DNA of 62,737 nucleotides, the filler included, from Pirum gemmata (Eukaryota), in the NCBI GenBank assembly GCA_002812295.1. It is 14 parts of 14 records of this genome, joined end to end, with 100 filler letters (N's around TTAATTAATTAA, not from the genome) between each part and the next. Parts side by side here need not be neighbours in the genome. Positions count along the whole stretch, not along the records: positions 23,007 to 27,292 come from PDIN01001334.1; positions 27,393 to 33,738 come from PDIN01001335.1; positions 33,839 to 38,147 come from PDIN01001336.1; positions 38,248 to 42,535 come from PDIN01001337.1; 10 more parts are not named here. One strand, 5' to 3'. Within the stretch, counting starts at the first letter, position 1. Each line of letters starts with the position of its first letter. Below the pieces are notes generated by a model. It was not told the DNA's origin, did not search any database, and worked only from the letters and a program-made list of their open reading frames with translations. This document shows, piece after piece, positions 25,067 to 38,937 of this stretch. The position numbers and the translations under genes are program-made.

Positions 25067-28000
25067 GTATCACCCTATGTGGTCATATATATAGATAAAC
25101 AGTTGTAAATTTAAAGCCATATCCATATACAACATAATATTATTATGCATGCATAATCATTGCGAAACGAAACAGACGATTTTTTTTTGCTTTGTTTTTT
25201 TTGTTTTTTGGACTAACTTGCAATTGTTCTTTTAAAAAACCCTAACCCTAGCTAGTCTACTGGCTAGCTAGAGCTATGATATACAACTAATCTACCTATA
25301 GCTATGATATCATAGTAGGTATCGATACATAAATATGACTTATTAGTGTAAGGGTTTGTTTTCGTAACGTTTTCATTAGCTACACTGATAATAAGTAAAT
25401 TACCTATAATTGGCTGTAATACTCTTTATTAGGCCTTATTGACAAATTTGACACTAGTAAGTAAGCAGTAAAACAAGAGTAAAAAACAAACTAAGCTATA
25501 AAGGTTAAAAAAGCCAATAGGCTAACTGACTGTTACTGACACCCAGTAATATAATTGGTCTGATTTGTTTTGTTATGATGAGGTAATAACAATAATATGA
25601 TATAGGCCTTGGAATGGACACTACATAGTACACACACTATACTACAATGGATAGCCCTGCTATATATAGCCTTGGATACATGACGAATAGACCAATCCCT
25701 ACTGAAATATGAGACTGTGATATGGTACTGCCGGTATAGCTACTAGCTATGATAGCTAGTAGTATTTTTTTTTTATTTTATGCATAGACAAATAAAACTG
25801 TAGAGTGTAGACATCTTTTTTTTTTTTTTTTTTATATTTTTTTTTTATAGAAAAAAAAAAAAAAAAAAAAAAAAAACACAGTTACTAGCCAAATTATTAT
25901 TTTTTTTTATGATATTTTTTTTAGGCCGATAAAAATCAGCTAGAATTACTTGAAATTCAGAGGAAATCTTTTGATTGAATCAGTTGCTCAGAGAAAAATT
26001 AAATATCTACTTTATAATTTTGTTCCTTATTAAATCTTCACTTTGTTTTTATTCGGCTTTGTTTATATTGACTCCGATGATGTTTTCGATGTAAACATAA
26101 TATTATATATAGTGCCAGTATTTGCACAAATTGTCACATTTTGTCACAAAAAGTGTCTATAATAGTATTATATTGTTATTGTTATTGTTATTTTTAGAAA
26201 GGAAAAAAAGAAAAAAAAGGGTGGGCTCAATTGAGCCCATTTTTCTGAACGATAGAGACTAGGCTAACTAGGGTCAGAGTCAGGGTTAGGGTCTGATAAA
26301 AACCCTCACCTAACTAAGAAAACTCTATTATGAACCAATGACCAGTTTTTAAAAATAATTTGGCTAGTTAGCATTAAAGATTTTTAGAACAGAAGACTTA
26401 TTAATTAGTCTAAAAAAAAAAATGATTTCTACAGTTTTATCCCGACTTGACAAAACAAAAAAAAAACTAGCCATTGCATTAAATTTTGCTCATAATACAG
26501 TTTGCTTAGTTGACGATTTCTCAAGTACTTACATAATAATTTCATTTTTTTAAAAAAAAAATTGGTTCATCTTGGGAATAAAGGCGGAATGGCCGTAAGA
26601 CTTGTGAGAAAGAAAAAATGAAATTCATATATCACGTAATAAATTACTGAAAAATTATTAAAATAAGTTAATATACATTTAGAAGAAATAGAAAATTTAC
26701 ACACAGTCGAATCACAGGATTTACAACGTTAAATTATATATCTACGTAATTAAGAAATCTAGGTGTCTTAATATAGGAATAAGAGGAATAAGTATATTTA
26801 TAATTCTATGCAATATATAATATAATAGTATTTTCTTTTTATTACTTTTCTTGTTTTTTTCTTTTCTTCCTTAACCACCTACCCTAACTCTATCTAAAGT
26901 TGTCGGCCTAGAATTGGCCAAAGTCTGGGGCTGAGTCCAAATCCGCAGCTCAGGCCCAATTTCAACGAGGAAAAAAACCCTATAAAACATACAAACTCTA
27001 TAAATCATAATCATACATTAAAAAGAAAACACACTATCAGATATAAGTATATCTACTACTATTACTACACAAAACATTAATATAATATTTACTACAATCA
27101 CCTTGATTAAACAATTACTAAACTCAATATTAACGAGAAGAAAGAAGAAAAAACCTATTTTTCTTCTTTCTCCGGCCCATGCTAACTGTATTATTATACA
27201 AAAAAACTAAAATCACCTATACATCAAAGACTATGAAGTATCTTATATAGACTATAAGAAAAAATTAAAGACTTATGACGACAATTGTAAAANNNNNNNN
27301 NNNNNNNNNNNNNNNNNNNNNNNNNNNNNNNNNNNNTTAATTAATTAANNNNNNNNNNNNNNNNNNNNNNNNNNNNNNNNNNNNNNNNNNNNCTGGACTG
27401 ACCCTAATAATACGTCACGTCAAGGGGTAGGTAGGTAGGTGGTATTTGACCTGAAATTAACGTCGAGGGGTAGGTTACCGTAGGTAGGTAGGGGGTATTT
27501 GAAGCTGCATATGACTGGAAATTGGCGTTACGTAGTATTTGAACGCTCCCCTATCATGAACTGACCTCGAGAAGCTCCTCGAGACTCGAGAGTCCTCGAC
27601 TCTCGAGGCCCTCACTATTATACTAGCTAGACTACTGATGATATTATATGGTGCAAACAATCAAAAAACGTTTTTGTTTTGCGATAGTGTTGTCCAGTTC
27701 AAAAACTGAAATAAATTTAAAACATACCAAGTAATTATTATGGTTAAACTATCAGGCATGTTTTAATTAATTTAGTATTTTACACTTAATGTTGTATTTT
27801 ATAAACAAGTGCAATTATACACTTAAACAGTACCAAATTAAAGATTGAGAGGACAACTATGAATGAAATAGACGATATATCTGGAAAATATATTATAATG
27901 TAATATATTGAATAAGGTATACTGTTTCTGCAGTTTCAATGTCGACTTAATAATTTTCTAGCCAATGCTCTTTGACCTTGGACTAATCTGTAAAGACATG

Positions 28001-28267
28001 AACCATCTATTATGATAATGTTATGATGATCAACCTGATCAACTAACTATTTATGTATATGATAAGTATAACTAGATAAACTAGATAAGTATAAATCATA
28101 GAAATTGTTGTAAACAGTTACTGTATTACAAAATATTCGCCAAAAACAAAAAACTATCAATTATTGTGGCATCGCTGAGGTCAGTGGTCACACTCATCAG
28201 ACTCAACTCATCACTACAGACTAGTTACAGACTACTGCATCAGGAATTTCGGATAGACAGAATTTAG

Positions 28268-28500
28268 AGTAGGGGTGAGATGACGTGATTTTATTATTAC
28301 CGAACAGCTGCCGGAACTTTTCCGATTTTATGGTTTTTATTACTATTAATGTTAATATTATAACTTTAATTGGTATCTACTATAATTAGATTTACTATTT
28401 TAAGCTATTTAACTGCTATTATTAGTAAGGAACACGGAACTAAGGTTGGCTCGATAAGCATATGTTCGAAAAAAGTTCCAGTAGATATCTCACCCCTACT
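28268..28500. mobile_element. MITE family D (TIR AGTAGGGGTGAGAT), copy 1
   Basis: Terminal inverted repeats; near-identical to 30347-30574. Confidence 0.88.
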
Positions 28501-29190
28501 GGTCTAGTCACTGTCTATCGATAGTCTATAGACTAGTAGCTACTAGCAGCCTCCCTTTTCTGGAGAAAAATTCCTTTGGACAAGAGCACTAGCTAGATTT
28601 AGTTTGGAAAATTTGGCGCTTTTTCTGTTATTATTATTTTATTATTAATAATTTTAAATAATAAATATTGTATTCCATTCTATTTTCTAGTTCTCATTGT
28701 TTGGTAGGGCTATACTGTACTTATATCAATACCAAAACTGTGCGTGGTATGTTATGTTGGTCACATTATAGATTTAGACAACGCTTGATAGCCAAAAGTG
28801 AATTGTTTAGTGACTGTAAAATAGACAGAAGGAATGTCCATGAAAAAAAGTAGGAAAAATTATATCCATAGTACTTCCATAGTCTAGTCTAATTTGAACT
28901 AGTTAGTAAGAGACTGTAGTCTGTAGTTCTACGCTACGTACAGTGTTTTTGTTTGACTTTTTTGGTTTTGATTTTTACTTGCTCTGTGATTGATGGCTGG
29001 ATGATTTCGGGATGAAGCAGTTCCACAGTACACAGTAGTGAGACAGTAGTGAAAACGGTCTGAAGAATTATGTAAAACACAAAGTTTAAAACTCACATAT
29101 AAGTGGTTGTTGTGCTAGATGTTAATTAACATTGTTGCTACTAAACTAACGAGACTAGCTAGACTATCTGATAGTAGTAGTATCGATAGT

Positions 29191-29251
<61 letters not shown>

Positions 29252-29531
29252 CTAGTTGTTTATTAGCCCTTGTTGCTATTGCCATTGGGTTCAATAATGA
29301 CAACACTCAATGTCATTAAATTGGTACAAATTTTATATAATATGGCATTATTAATTAATATTACTACTTTCAATTTAAACAGTATAAGTATATTACTAGC
29401 TAGTATATTAATATTATAAACATATATATGTGCTTATTATTAAATAATTTTCTATATGTTTTTTGATACCGTGTATTCTAGATCTGGTAACTTTTAATTA
29501 TTGTAATTTCCTGACACAATCCCCCTTGTCG

Positions 29532-29596
<65 letters not shown>

Positions 29597-30346
29597 AACT
29601 CTGTTGCTGTTTTTAAAATTGTTCATGTTATAATATTAATATATTAATATAGTGGCAGTATATTGGCTATGGGTTAAGGTTAGGGTTAGGGTTGGGATTA
29701 GGATTAGGGTGGGGGTTGGGATTAGGGTTAGGGTTTATATAATATAAAAACGTTAAGACTATGGTTATCTTATGAATATTCTTGTGTGGGTTGTTATTCC
29801 AGGGTTATACTAAAGTTATGTATTAATACATGTCTATTAATCAACATAATATACACTGCAACATGAATTGTAATTGCATCAACAATAAACAACAGCAGCA
29901 ACAGCAACATTTTCATTCTCATCAACAACATCACCAACACCATGACCAGCAATGATAACAATAATAATTAATAACAAAATTACTAGTACCTCTGCAAACG
30001 TTGTTGTTGTTGTGGGTAATGTTGCTATTGTTATTTTTGTATTGCTGGTATTATTGTGGTTTAAATATTGATATAGATTATAATTATTGTAATTGTTACT
30101 GTGACTATTGTTATTATATGGTCATTATTTTCACATCTTATCAGTATATTGTTATTGTTGTTATATACCGTTGTTGTATCCGAATTTTCACACCTTATCA
30201 GTATATTGTTATTGTTGTTATACTATTGTTTAATACCATTGTTGTATCCGATAACTTATATAGACCTACTAGCAGTGTTTTTAGGAAAAAATTAGACGTT
30301 TGCAGATTTTTAGTCAGCCTCACTACTGTGTCACTAGTATTAAGAC

Positions 30347-30574
30347 AGTAGGGGTGAGATGACGTCATTTTATTATTACCGAGCAGCTGTCGGAACTTTT
30401 CCGAATGTTTTTATTACTATTAATGTTAATATTGTTACTTTAATTGGTAACTACTATAATTAGATTTAATATTTTAAGCTATTTAACTGCTATTATTAGT
30501 AAGGAACACGGAACTAAGGTTGGCTCGATAAGCATTTGTTCGAAAAAAGTTCCAGTAGATATCTCACCCCTACT
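30347..30574. mobile_element. MITE family D, copy 2, with 8-bp target duplication ATTAAGAC
   Basis: ATTAAGAC-AGTAGGGGTGAGAT...ATCTCACCCCTACT-ATTAAGAC. Confidence 0.88.
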
Positions 30575-32263
30575 ATTAAGACTCACTCATATATAATGTA
30601 TATAATAACCGGTAGTCTATACATTTAATTTCATGCAGTGAAAATCATATTTACAAATATTGTAGTGAGCCGTAGAGTGTTCGAAAGTATTACTTGGTTT
30701 TTAATAAATATTATATAAGAATTTCTGAGTGATTCTGAATGTTACGTGTGGTTCTTTTAAAAAACCGATATCCGATTACCAAATAAATAAATAATATATA
30801 GATAATAAAATATACCAAATAAAATTAAATGGGTCCCGTGAGATTTATAATATATTAATTTGGTACTATTTATTGTATATTTCATAGTCCAAAATGACCC
30901 CAAAAAATGCTTGTTCATGTATCAATATGTTTCATATTTTATTCAACATGTCTGCGATGATGAAATAAAAAAGCAAAGTAACTGTTCTATTAGACTCTAT
31001 AGCTTTTTAAAAGTATATGTCTACAAAACTTTTTAATAACAAGTGTTGGTATTAATAACAAAATACTCATTAATTAATTAAACATTACTACTGAATTGAC
31101 TAATTTTGAAACCCACATTGTGACTGACCACTTGCTTACAAACTATCAAAATCATAAAAATTCATACAAGAATATCCTAATTCTATGTTAATTAATTCTC
31201 ATTGCAAATATATATGATTTTATTTATAGTATTTCCAAACCAATATATTATGCTTTCAAGCTGTTCGAAACATCTAGACTAGAGTTAGTTAGAAGTTCGT
31301 TGGCAAAAATCGTATGTGATCGTTCAAATAATCGTTGGCCAGTTCGTTGGCAAAAATCGTATGTGATCGTTCAAATAATACGTCACGTCAAGGGGTGGGT
31401 AAGTAGATGGTATTTAACCGGAAATTAACGTCGAGGGGGGTAGGTAGGTAGGGGTATTTGAAGCTGTATTTGACCGGAAATTGGTGTTTTGTAGTATTCG
31501 AACGCTCCCTATGGAAACTTTGGAAAGGAGTTTAACTTCATACCAAAAACAAACTTCAAAATTTTTATCTTATCGTGCTTTTCATTTATTTAGTCACTCG
31601 GAATATTTATTTGGTGGGTTATAATATTTAAATTGACATTTTTAAATCAATAAATAGATAATAAAATATACCAAATTAAATTAAATGGATTTATATTGTA
31701 TTAATTTGGTGCTNNNNNNNNNCTGACCCACACCTTACCTTTTACTTTTTTTTTTGTGCATAAATCGAACACTCTCGTCAAGCCCGATCCATTCACGATT
31801 TTACTTTTTCGAAAAAAAAAAAAAAAAAATCGGTCAAAAATTCAAAAAACTGTAATTTTTCAAAAAATTTGAAATTTGGCACTATTAAATTTTAAAAGAT
31901 ATGGAATCAGAGTTGGAATCAGGTAGGGGTTAGACCATATCATCAAGTAGTGGTGATACTGTGATAGACTATCGATAGTTAAACTATCATAGATTCTATT
32001 TTTTGATAGTCTATGAAAGTACCAGTAGTTGTAGCCTAGCTATAGCTTAGACAGTTAGACTATCATAGTAGAGTCTGTCTAGCTAGCCAAGGACTCAGCC
32101 AAGGGCTTCAAGAAAATCTGAAGTCCTTGACTCAGCACTTCAAAAAAAAAAGACTTTGACTAGACAACTACTAGCTAGACTATTGTTCAAAGCTCTCTAA
32201 AGCTGAAACAAACAAGAATCAAACAAGGTCCAACCAACTAAAGGATTACAAACTTTTTTTTTT

Positions 32264-32511
32264 TTAACAGCCAAGCCGGATAAAAATTGTTACATTTAGC
32301 GCCATAACATTATGAGCTCAAAAATCCTAAAAAATCTCAAAATACTCAAATTTTAATGAAAGTACTACCAAAATTTAAGAAATTTTCTATAACTAAGAAA
32401 ACTCTATTATGAACTAATGGCCAGTTTGTAAAAATAATTTGGCTAGTTAGTATTAAAGGTTTTAAAAGAAGTCTAAATGATTTCTACAGTTTTATTCGGC
32501 TTGGCTGTTAA
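32264..32511. mobile_element. MITE family A, long copy
   Basis: TTAACAGCCAAGCCG.ATAAAA ... TTTTAT.CGGCTTGGCTGTTAA. Confidence 0.85.
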
Positions 32512-33075
32512 AAAAAAAAACCAGTCTAACTAGGTCCTACCACTAGTAGCTAGCTACTAGCTAGCTAGCTAGACTATATCAAGGACTTCAAAAAAAAAAC
32601 TTTTTTTTTGAAGAAGTCTTTGACTATAGACTATGATAATATTTATTAGTCTATATAAATAAAAACGAAAAAAAAAAAGGTGAAAATGGATTTTGGTTGA
32701 CTAGGACACTCGCTGGGGACCACGCTATTTATATACAAGAACCGTGAATATATTGATAGTCTCCATGTATATAAAAAAGAAAAAAGAAGTGACCAGGCCA
32801 CAGAAACACCAGTGTATACAACATGTTCATCAGTTTCACTTATCTATATTATATAAACTTTATATAATATGATAATAATAATTTATAGACTAGGATATGA
32901 TTTTGATGAGCAAAATTAATGTATATAATATTATGTTATGCAGTTAAAAAAAAAAAAGTATCATAGACTNNNNNNNNNNNNNNNNNNNNNNNNNNNNNNN
33001 NNNNNNNNNNNNNNNNNNNNNNNNNNNNNNNNNNNNNNNNNNNNNNNNNNNNNNNNNNNNNNNNNNNNNNNNNNG

Positions 33076-33143
<68 letters not shown>

Positions 33144-33403
33144 CGATGATTATGATGATGATGATCGATGATTATGATGATGATGATCGATGATTATGAT
33201 GACGATGATGATGAAGATGATAATGATGATGATGATTATGATATGATATGGTAATGATGATTATGATTATGATTATGATTATGGGTATGAGTATGAGTAT
33301 GAGTATGAGTATGAGTATGAGTATGAATATGATGATTATTATTATTATGTAGTGTTAGAGGGTAGCTGGGTGGCACTACATTTATTATTATCATTTAGCA
33401 AAC

Positions 33404-33508
33404 CTTCGTGGTGAAATAATCTGTTTAAAGCTGTAGGACAACAAAAAAATGGCAAATCCACTTGGTGTCCCATTACTTCGGTTGATAAATCAATTGGATC
33501 TTTGTTTC
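33404..33508 (-). CDS. Internal exon of an FMN-dependent alpha-hydroxy acid dehydrogenase (L-lactate dehydrogenase / glycolate oxidase family)
   Basis: IDLSTEVMGHQVDLPFFCCPTALNRLFHHEG, bounded by a TTTATAG acceptor and a GTTT donor. Confidence 0.8.
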
Positions 33509-36299
33509 CTATAAAGAATAGTGACCATAATAGCATTTTACAAGTAAAATGATGGTATAATTATAAATGCTTTATAAAATAACAGCCATAACTATAACCA
33601 TAACCATAACTACATAACCAAAAAAAGGTTCACTTAAACAGAAGACGCCTAGTAAGCAAAAGTATTAACAAAACGAGTATAATGATAAACAAATTAACAC
33701 AAAAAAGTAAAATACAACACACACACACACACACACACNNNNNNNNNNNNNNNNNNNNNNNNNNNNNNNNNNNNNNNNNNNNTTAATTAATTAANNNNNN
33801 NNNNNNNNNNNNNNNNNNNNNNNNNNNNNNNNNNNNNNTAGGGTCTATTAATACTAGACTAAATAAATGGTGAAAAATAAATTTATATAGTAGTAATTAT
33901 AACGGTAAAATAGCAAAAATAGTGAAATGGTACAATAAATTTTAGATGATTTTAAAAGATTATATTATAATATCGATATAATAATATATATTATAATAAT
34001 ATTAAATAAACAATCGTAGCTATATTTATTAATATAGAAATAAATAAAAATGATAATATTAATATTTAGTAATACATGCGTATATTTATTGTATAATATT
34101 TTAAAATTAACATTGTAAGTTTATTTTTCAATATATTTATAACAATTTATATCGAAAAAAAAATATATATTAGTAAAAAAATTATTATTATATACTTACT
34201 TGTATCGATTGTGATAGTTAATTAACTAGCTATAGTTATGAGGAATACTTATAAATAAATAGAATATTAATTTTATTTATATATTTATCATAAATTTTAA
34301 ATGTTATAATAATAAAATTTAATTTATTTAAAAATGAGTTAGGGTTAGAGACGTTAGGGTTAGGGGCTGTCTGTCGTAGGTACTGTTAGGATGAGGGACT
34401 GTTAGGGTTCGGGGTTGTTTTAAAATTATTTAGGGTTAGGGATAGGGACTGTTAGGGATTTGATTTGATATGTTTTATTTTAATATAGTGCTTTTCATTT
34501 GGTTTGTCATCATAAAATATACAATAAATAGTACCAAATTACTACAATATAAATCCATTTAATTTAATTTGGTATATTTTATTATCTATATATTGATTTA
34601 AAAATGTCAATTTAAAGATTATAACCCTCCAGATAAATATTCAGAGCGACAAAATAAATGAAATGCACGATACCGAATCTCTATAGATAGACCGCCGACC
34701 GGGGTCAAGCTATGGTCTCATACCTGGAGACCCCGGTCTACTATCCAGCTAGCTATCATAACTAGTAGTATCGATAGTAGAGATTTTTATTAATATTAAT
34801 ACTAGATTTATACAATAAAGAGTACCAAATTAACACTATATAAATCCATTTAATTTAATTTGGTGTATTTAATTATCTATTTATTAATTTAAAAATGTTA
34901 ACTTTAAATATCATAACCAACCAAATAAATATTCAGAGTGACTAGCTTAGGCTACTTAGTATTAATACTAGACTACTATAATAATATTATTATGATAGTC
35001 TACTAGTACTTTATTTATAAATTATGTAGAAATAGCAACAAAGACTCCAGGAAAAAGAAATGGAGTCTTTGAATGATTGAATAGTTTTGAAAATCTGTTG
35101 TATAGAAAATGGACGTCTGTGTCAAAACGTTTTTTGTTTTTTGTTATTATAATCATAGTAATATCATAGTAATATAAAGCAAAATTGATATATTTATTTA
35201 TTATATAAATATATGTATTAATATTATTATAGTATTATTATAACTTTTTTTATTTTTTTTTTAAAAAAAATATGGTGGTGCTTTCCATCTGCTTTTCATT
35301 CATTTTGGGAATTCGTCTACAAAATTACCACAGAACTCGTCTATGGGGTTCAGTCACTTCAGTGGGATTGGTAATTGAGATCAGTTTTCACATTGTTATT
35401 ACGTTAAAATATATATACGATTTAGGATTGAGTTTAAAAAAAAAAGGGAGTTTTAAAAAAAAATTGAAACATGAGTTATTATATAATTCTATTTAACTAA
35501 CTATAGTCTATAGGCTAAATAAAACCATTAATTAAATACTAATTAAACTATGACTCATTGATTAGCTAGAAATTTTAAATACTGCCATCATTTCTTGTAT
35601 TATTTCTAATTTTGCTTTTTCGATGCTCAAGCAATGAAAATTAGAATGTAATATATATTAATATATACTAGATAATTATGATGTTTCAATTGAACATTTG
35701 GATCGATCAGACCCAAGTAAGTGTTGGGCTTTTAAACAATTATTGATAAACATCACTAAATTACAAAAAAATAATATATTAATTAATTAATATTTACAAT
35801 AAAATTAATTAACAGCAAAATTTATATACGATATTAATATTTACAATAAAATTAATTAACAGCAAAATTTATATACGATATATATACAGCTATTATTAGC
35901 AGAAAGGTATATTATAATATAGTGCATAAAATATACAATAAATTAATACAATATAAACCCATTTAGTTTAATTTGGTATACTTTATTATCTATGTATTGA
36001 TTAAAAATGTCAATTTAAAGATTATATAACCCACCAAATAAATATTCAGAGTGAAAAAATAAATGAAAGGCACGATATATAACTGTGATGGTGTGATAGC
36101 ATTGGTAGTGCATTGGTGATAGTCTATTTTATTTTTTGAATATCGGTATAATGACATACTAAATAATTAAATTTTTTATTAACTAATTTTTTTTTTTTTT
36201 TTTTTCGGTTTTTTTTTTTTTTTTTAGCCCTTTACTCAGACTTCTTCCTCAAGGATCTCAACTTTGAGCTCAAGGTTATCATTTTTTGACAGCCTTGAA

Positions 36300-37188
36300 C
36301 TTTTTACTATTACTATTACTATTACTATTACTATTGCTATTACTATTACCATCACTATTACTATTATTATTACTATTACTATTAATATTACTATTAATAT
36401 TACTATTACTATTACTATTGCTATTACTATTACTATTACTATTATTACTATTACTATTATTATTACTATATTAATATTACTATTACTATTACTATTACTA
36501 ATACTAATTTTACTATTACTATAACTATTGAAATTACTATAATTACTATTCTTACTATTATTATTATTATTACTATTACTATTACTATTACTATTACTAT
36601 TACTATAATATTATACACAATGTCATGTATATAATTATTACTATTACTTACTATTATACTCTATTATTAATAGCCATAATTATATTACTAATATTACTAA
36701 TACCACTATCACAATCACTATCACTAGTACTAATATTATTACTATTACTATTAATTTTACTACATTACTTTATTATTATTATTATTACTCTTACTAATAC
36801 TAATACTAATTAATATTAATACTATTACTATTACCATTACTATTACCATTACTATTACTAATGCTAATACTATTACTATTACTATTACTATTAGTATTAC
36901 TATTAGTATTAGTATTACTATTCTATTACTAATACTGCTGCTATTATTAATTGTTACAATTTACTAACGTTGACTGTATTATTAGTATTATTATTATTAT
37001 TTGCATTGGTGTTAATATCATTAATATTAGTAATACTAACATGTACACTAACACTATTATTATTATTACAATGTAGCAATAGTATTGATATTAGTAATCG
37101 GCAGTAATGGTAGTAATCGTAGTTGTAGTCGTAGTCGTAGTCGTAGTCGTAGTCGTAGTCGTAGTAGCAGTAGTAGTAGTAGTAGTAA

Positions 37189-37256
<68 letters not shown>

Positions 37257-37257
37257 T
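36300..37257. repeat. (ATT/ACT)n and (GTA/GTC)n low-complexity tract
   Basis: Direct reading. Confidence 0.9.
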
Positions 37258-38247
37258 CTGATCATAAATTCATAATAGTGAAGTTTATTCGAGTGTATTA
37301 TCGATATTAGTAATGAAGTATTCGTGCGCTGATAAATTCTTTATTTTTCTTGTAAAAAATATAATATATTATTACGGGCCTAGTTAGTTAGCCAGTTTGC
37401 CATTTTAGCCGTTTAGATGATAGTTTAGCCAGTTTAGATGACAGTTTAGCCAGTGTAGTCGCTAATTAAGATGCCAGCACCCCCAAGCTGCGTTTACAAA
37501 AATTAATAATAAACTGAGCTGAAAAACTGAAAGCAAAAAAATAATGATATGTCTAAAAGAATCCCAACTTTTTGGGAAATAATAATATTCTATTTCGAAT
37601 GTATAAATTTAGTGTGTTCGAAATGTTCAAGTGCAGAAAAAATTTGGCCATCTTGCAAAAGTTGGTATAAATTTAATTAAAAGCTAGTCTAAAGTTCCAA
37701 ACAGAGTAAAGTAGTGTGTTTAGTTTACAAACTGCTGTAAAGTGATCTGTAAATTGATAACCTTAGCTCATCCAAACTTCATTGGTGCGTTTTCACCTAA
37801 AAAAGAGCTACCTTCCAAATATGTGCTCTATTAAATAGTAGTGTTTTACAAATAAAGTGCGTAGATTAATAATATAAATCCTAATGGAAGCGTTTTTTAC
37901 TAAATTAGGTAAAAAATTTCAAATTTGTATGTAATTAACAACTTGTATCATTTTGTCTTCGCTGAGACCTAATAAGGCTAGAAAATATTAATATTAGGGG
38001 AAAAAAACTTTTTTCAATTTGTGGGTGGCTAAAAAAAAAAAAAAAAAAAAAATGAAAAAAACAAAGCGACCAATAAACAAACAATCTCCCGCACCGAATG
38101 CGAAATATGAAACTTTCTATGCGCATTTTTTTATTTTATTTTTTTTTNNNNNNNNNNNNNNNNNNNNNNNNNNNNNNNNNNNNNNNNNNNNTTAATTAAT
38201 TAANNNNNNNNNNNNNNNNNNNNNNNNNNNNNNNNNNNNNNNNNNNN

Positions 38248-38490
38248 TGTAGTTTGCGGTTTGGCGTAGTATTGTAGTTTTAAATGTTTTGTTTTACTTA
38301 AATATTGTATTACTCGTTGTGCTGCAGCCATGTGTTACTTATCATTATTATGTAAGTATCTTCCTAATTGCGATTCTGGATATAGTAATCTGGTCTCGAT
38401 ACGTCTGCTATATTTCTAATTTTACCGACCATTTTTAGGTAATCGTTTTATCCCTTGGTCTCTTTAATTTTAGATGTGCTGGTATTGTTG
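38248..38490 (-). mobile_element. Ty1/copia reverse transcriptase C-terminal remnant
   Basis: Minus strand: YLKMVGKIRNIADVSRPD...QLGRYLH...HMAAAQRVIQYLSKTK; degenerate. Confidence 0.75.
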
Positions 38491-38530
38491 TGTTACATTA
38501 GTATTATAACTATTATTATTATTATTATTA

Positions 38531-38710
38531 TTGAAATAAACTATAGATAGACTATATAATAAGACTATGAAACGATGACATCACGAATGACGATAACAAC
38601 AGAATGACGATATATATATATTTATTTATATATCGTCATTCTGTTGTTATCGTCATTCGTGATGCCATCGTTTCATAGTCTTATTATAGTCTATCTATAG
38701 TCTATTTCAA
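38531..38710. repeat. Near-perfect foldback hairpin with arms of about 85 bp
   Basis: TTGAAATA...CAGAATGACGATATATA / TATATATCGTCATTCTG...TATTTCAA, with two mismatches and one 2-nt indel. Confidence 0.95.
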
Positions 38711-38937
38711 CAATTATTATTATTATTATTATTATTATTATCATTATTATTACTATTATTATTATTATAACCCGATCCAAATTGCAGTTCTATTTCTTTT
38801 TCGGTATTGCTCTCCAATACCACATAATTTATATTTCCTTTTTTATTTTTTACTTACTGACGTGAATATTGTTTATTTTCCACTTATTTCGTAACATATA
38901 TATCTACACGGCTAGCTTGGCAGAAAACTCATAAATC

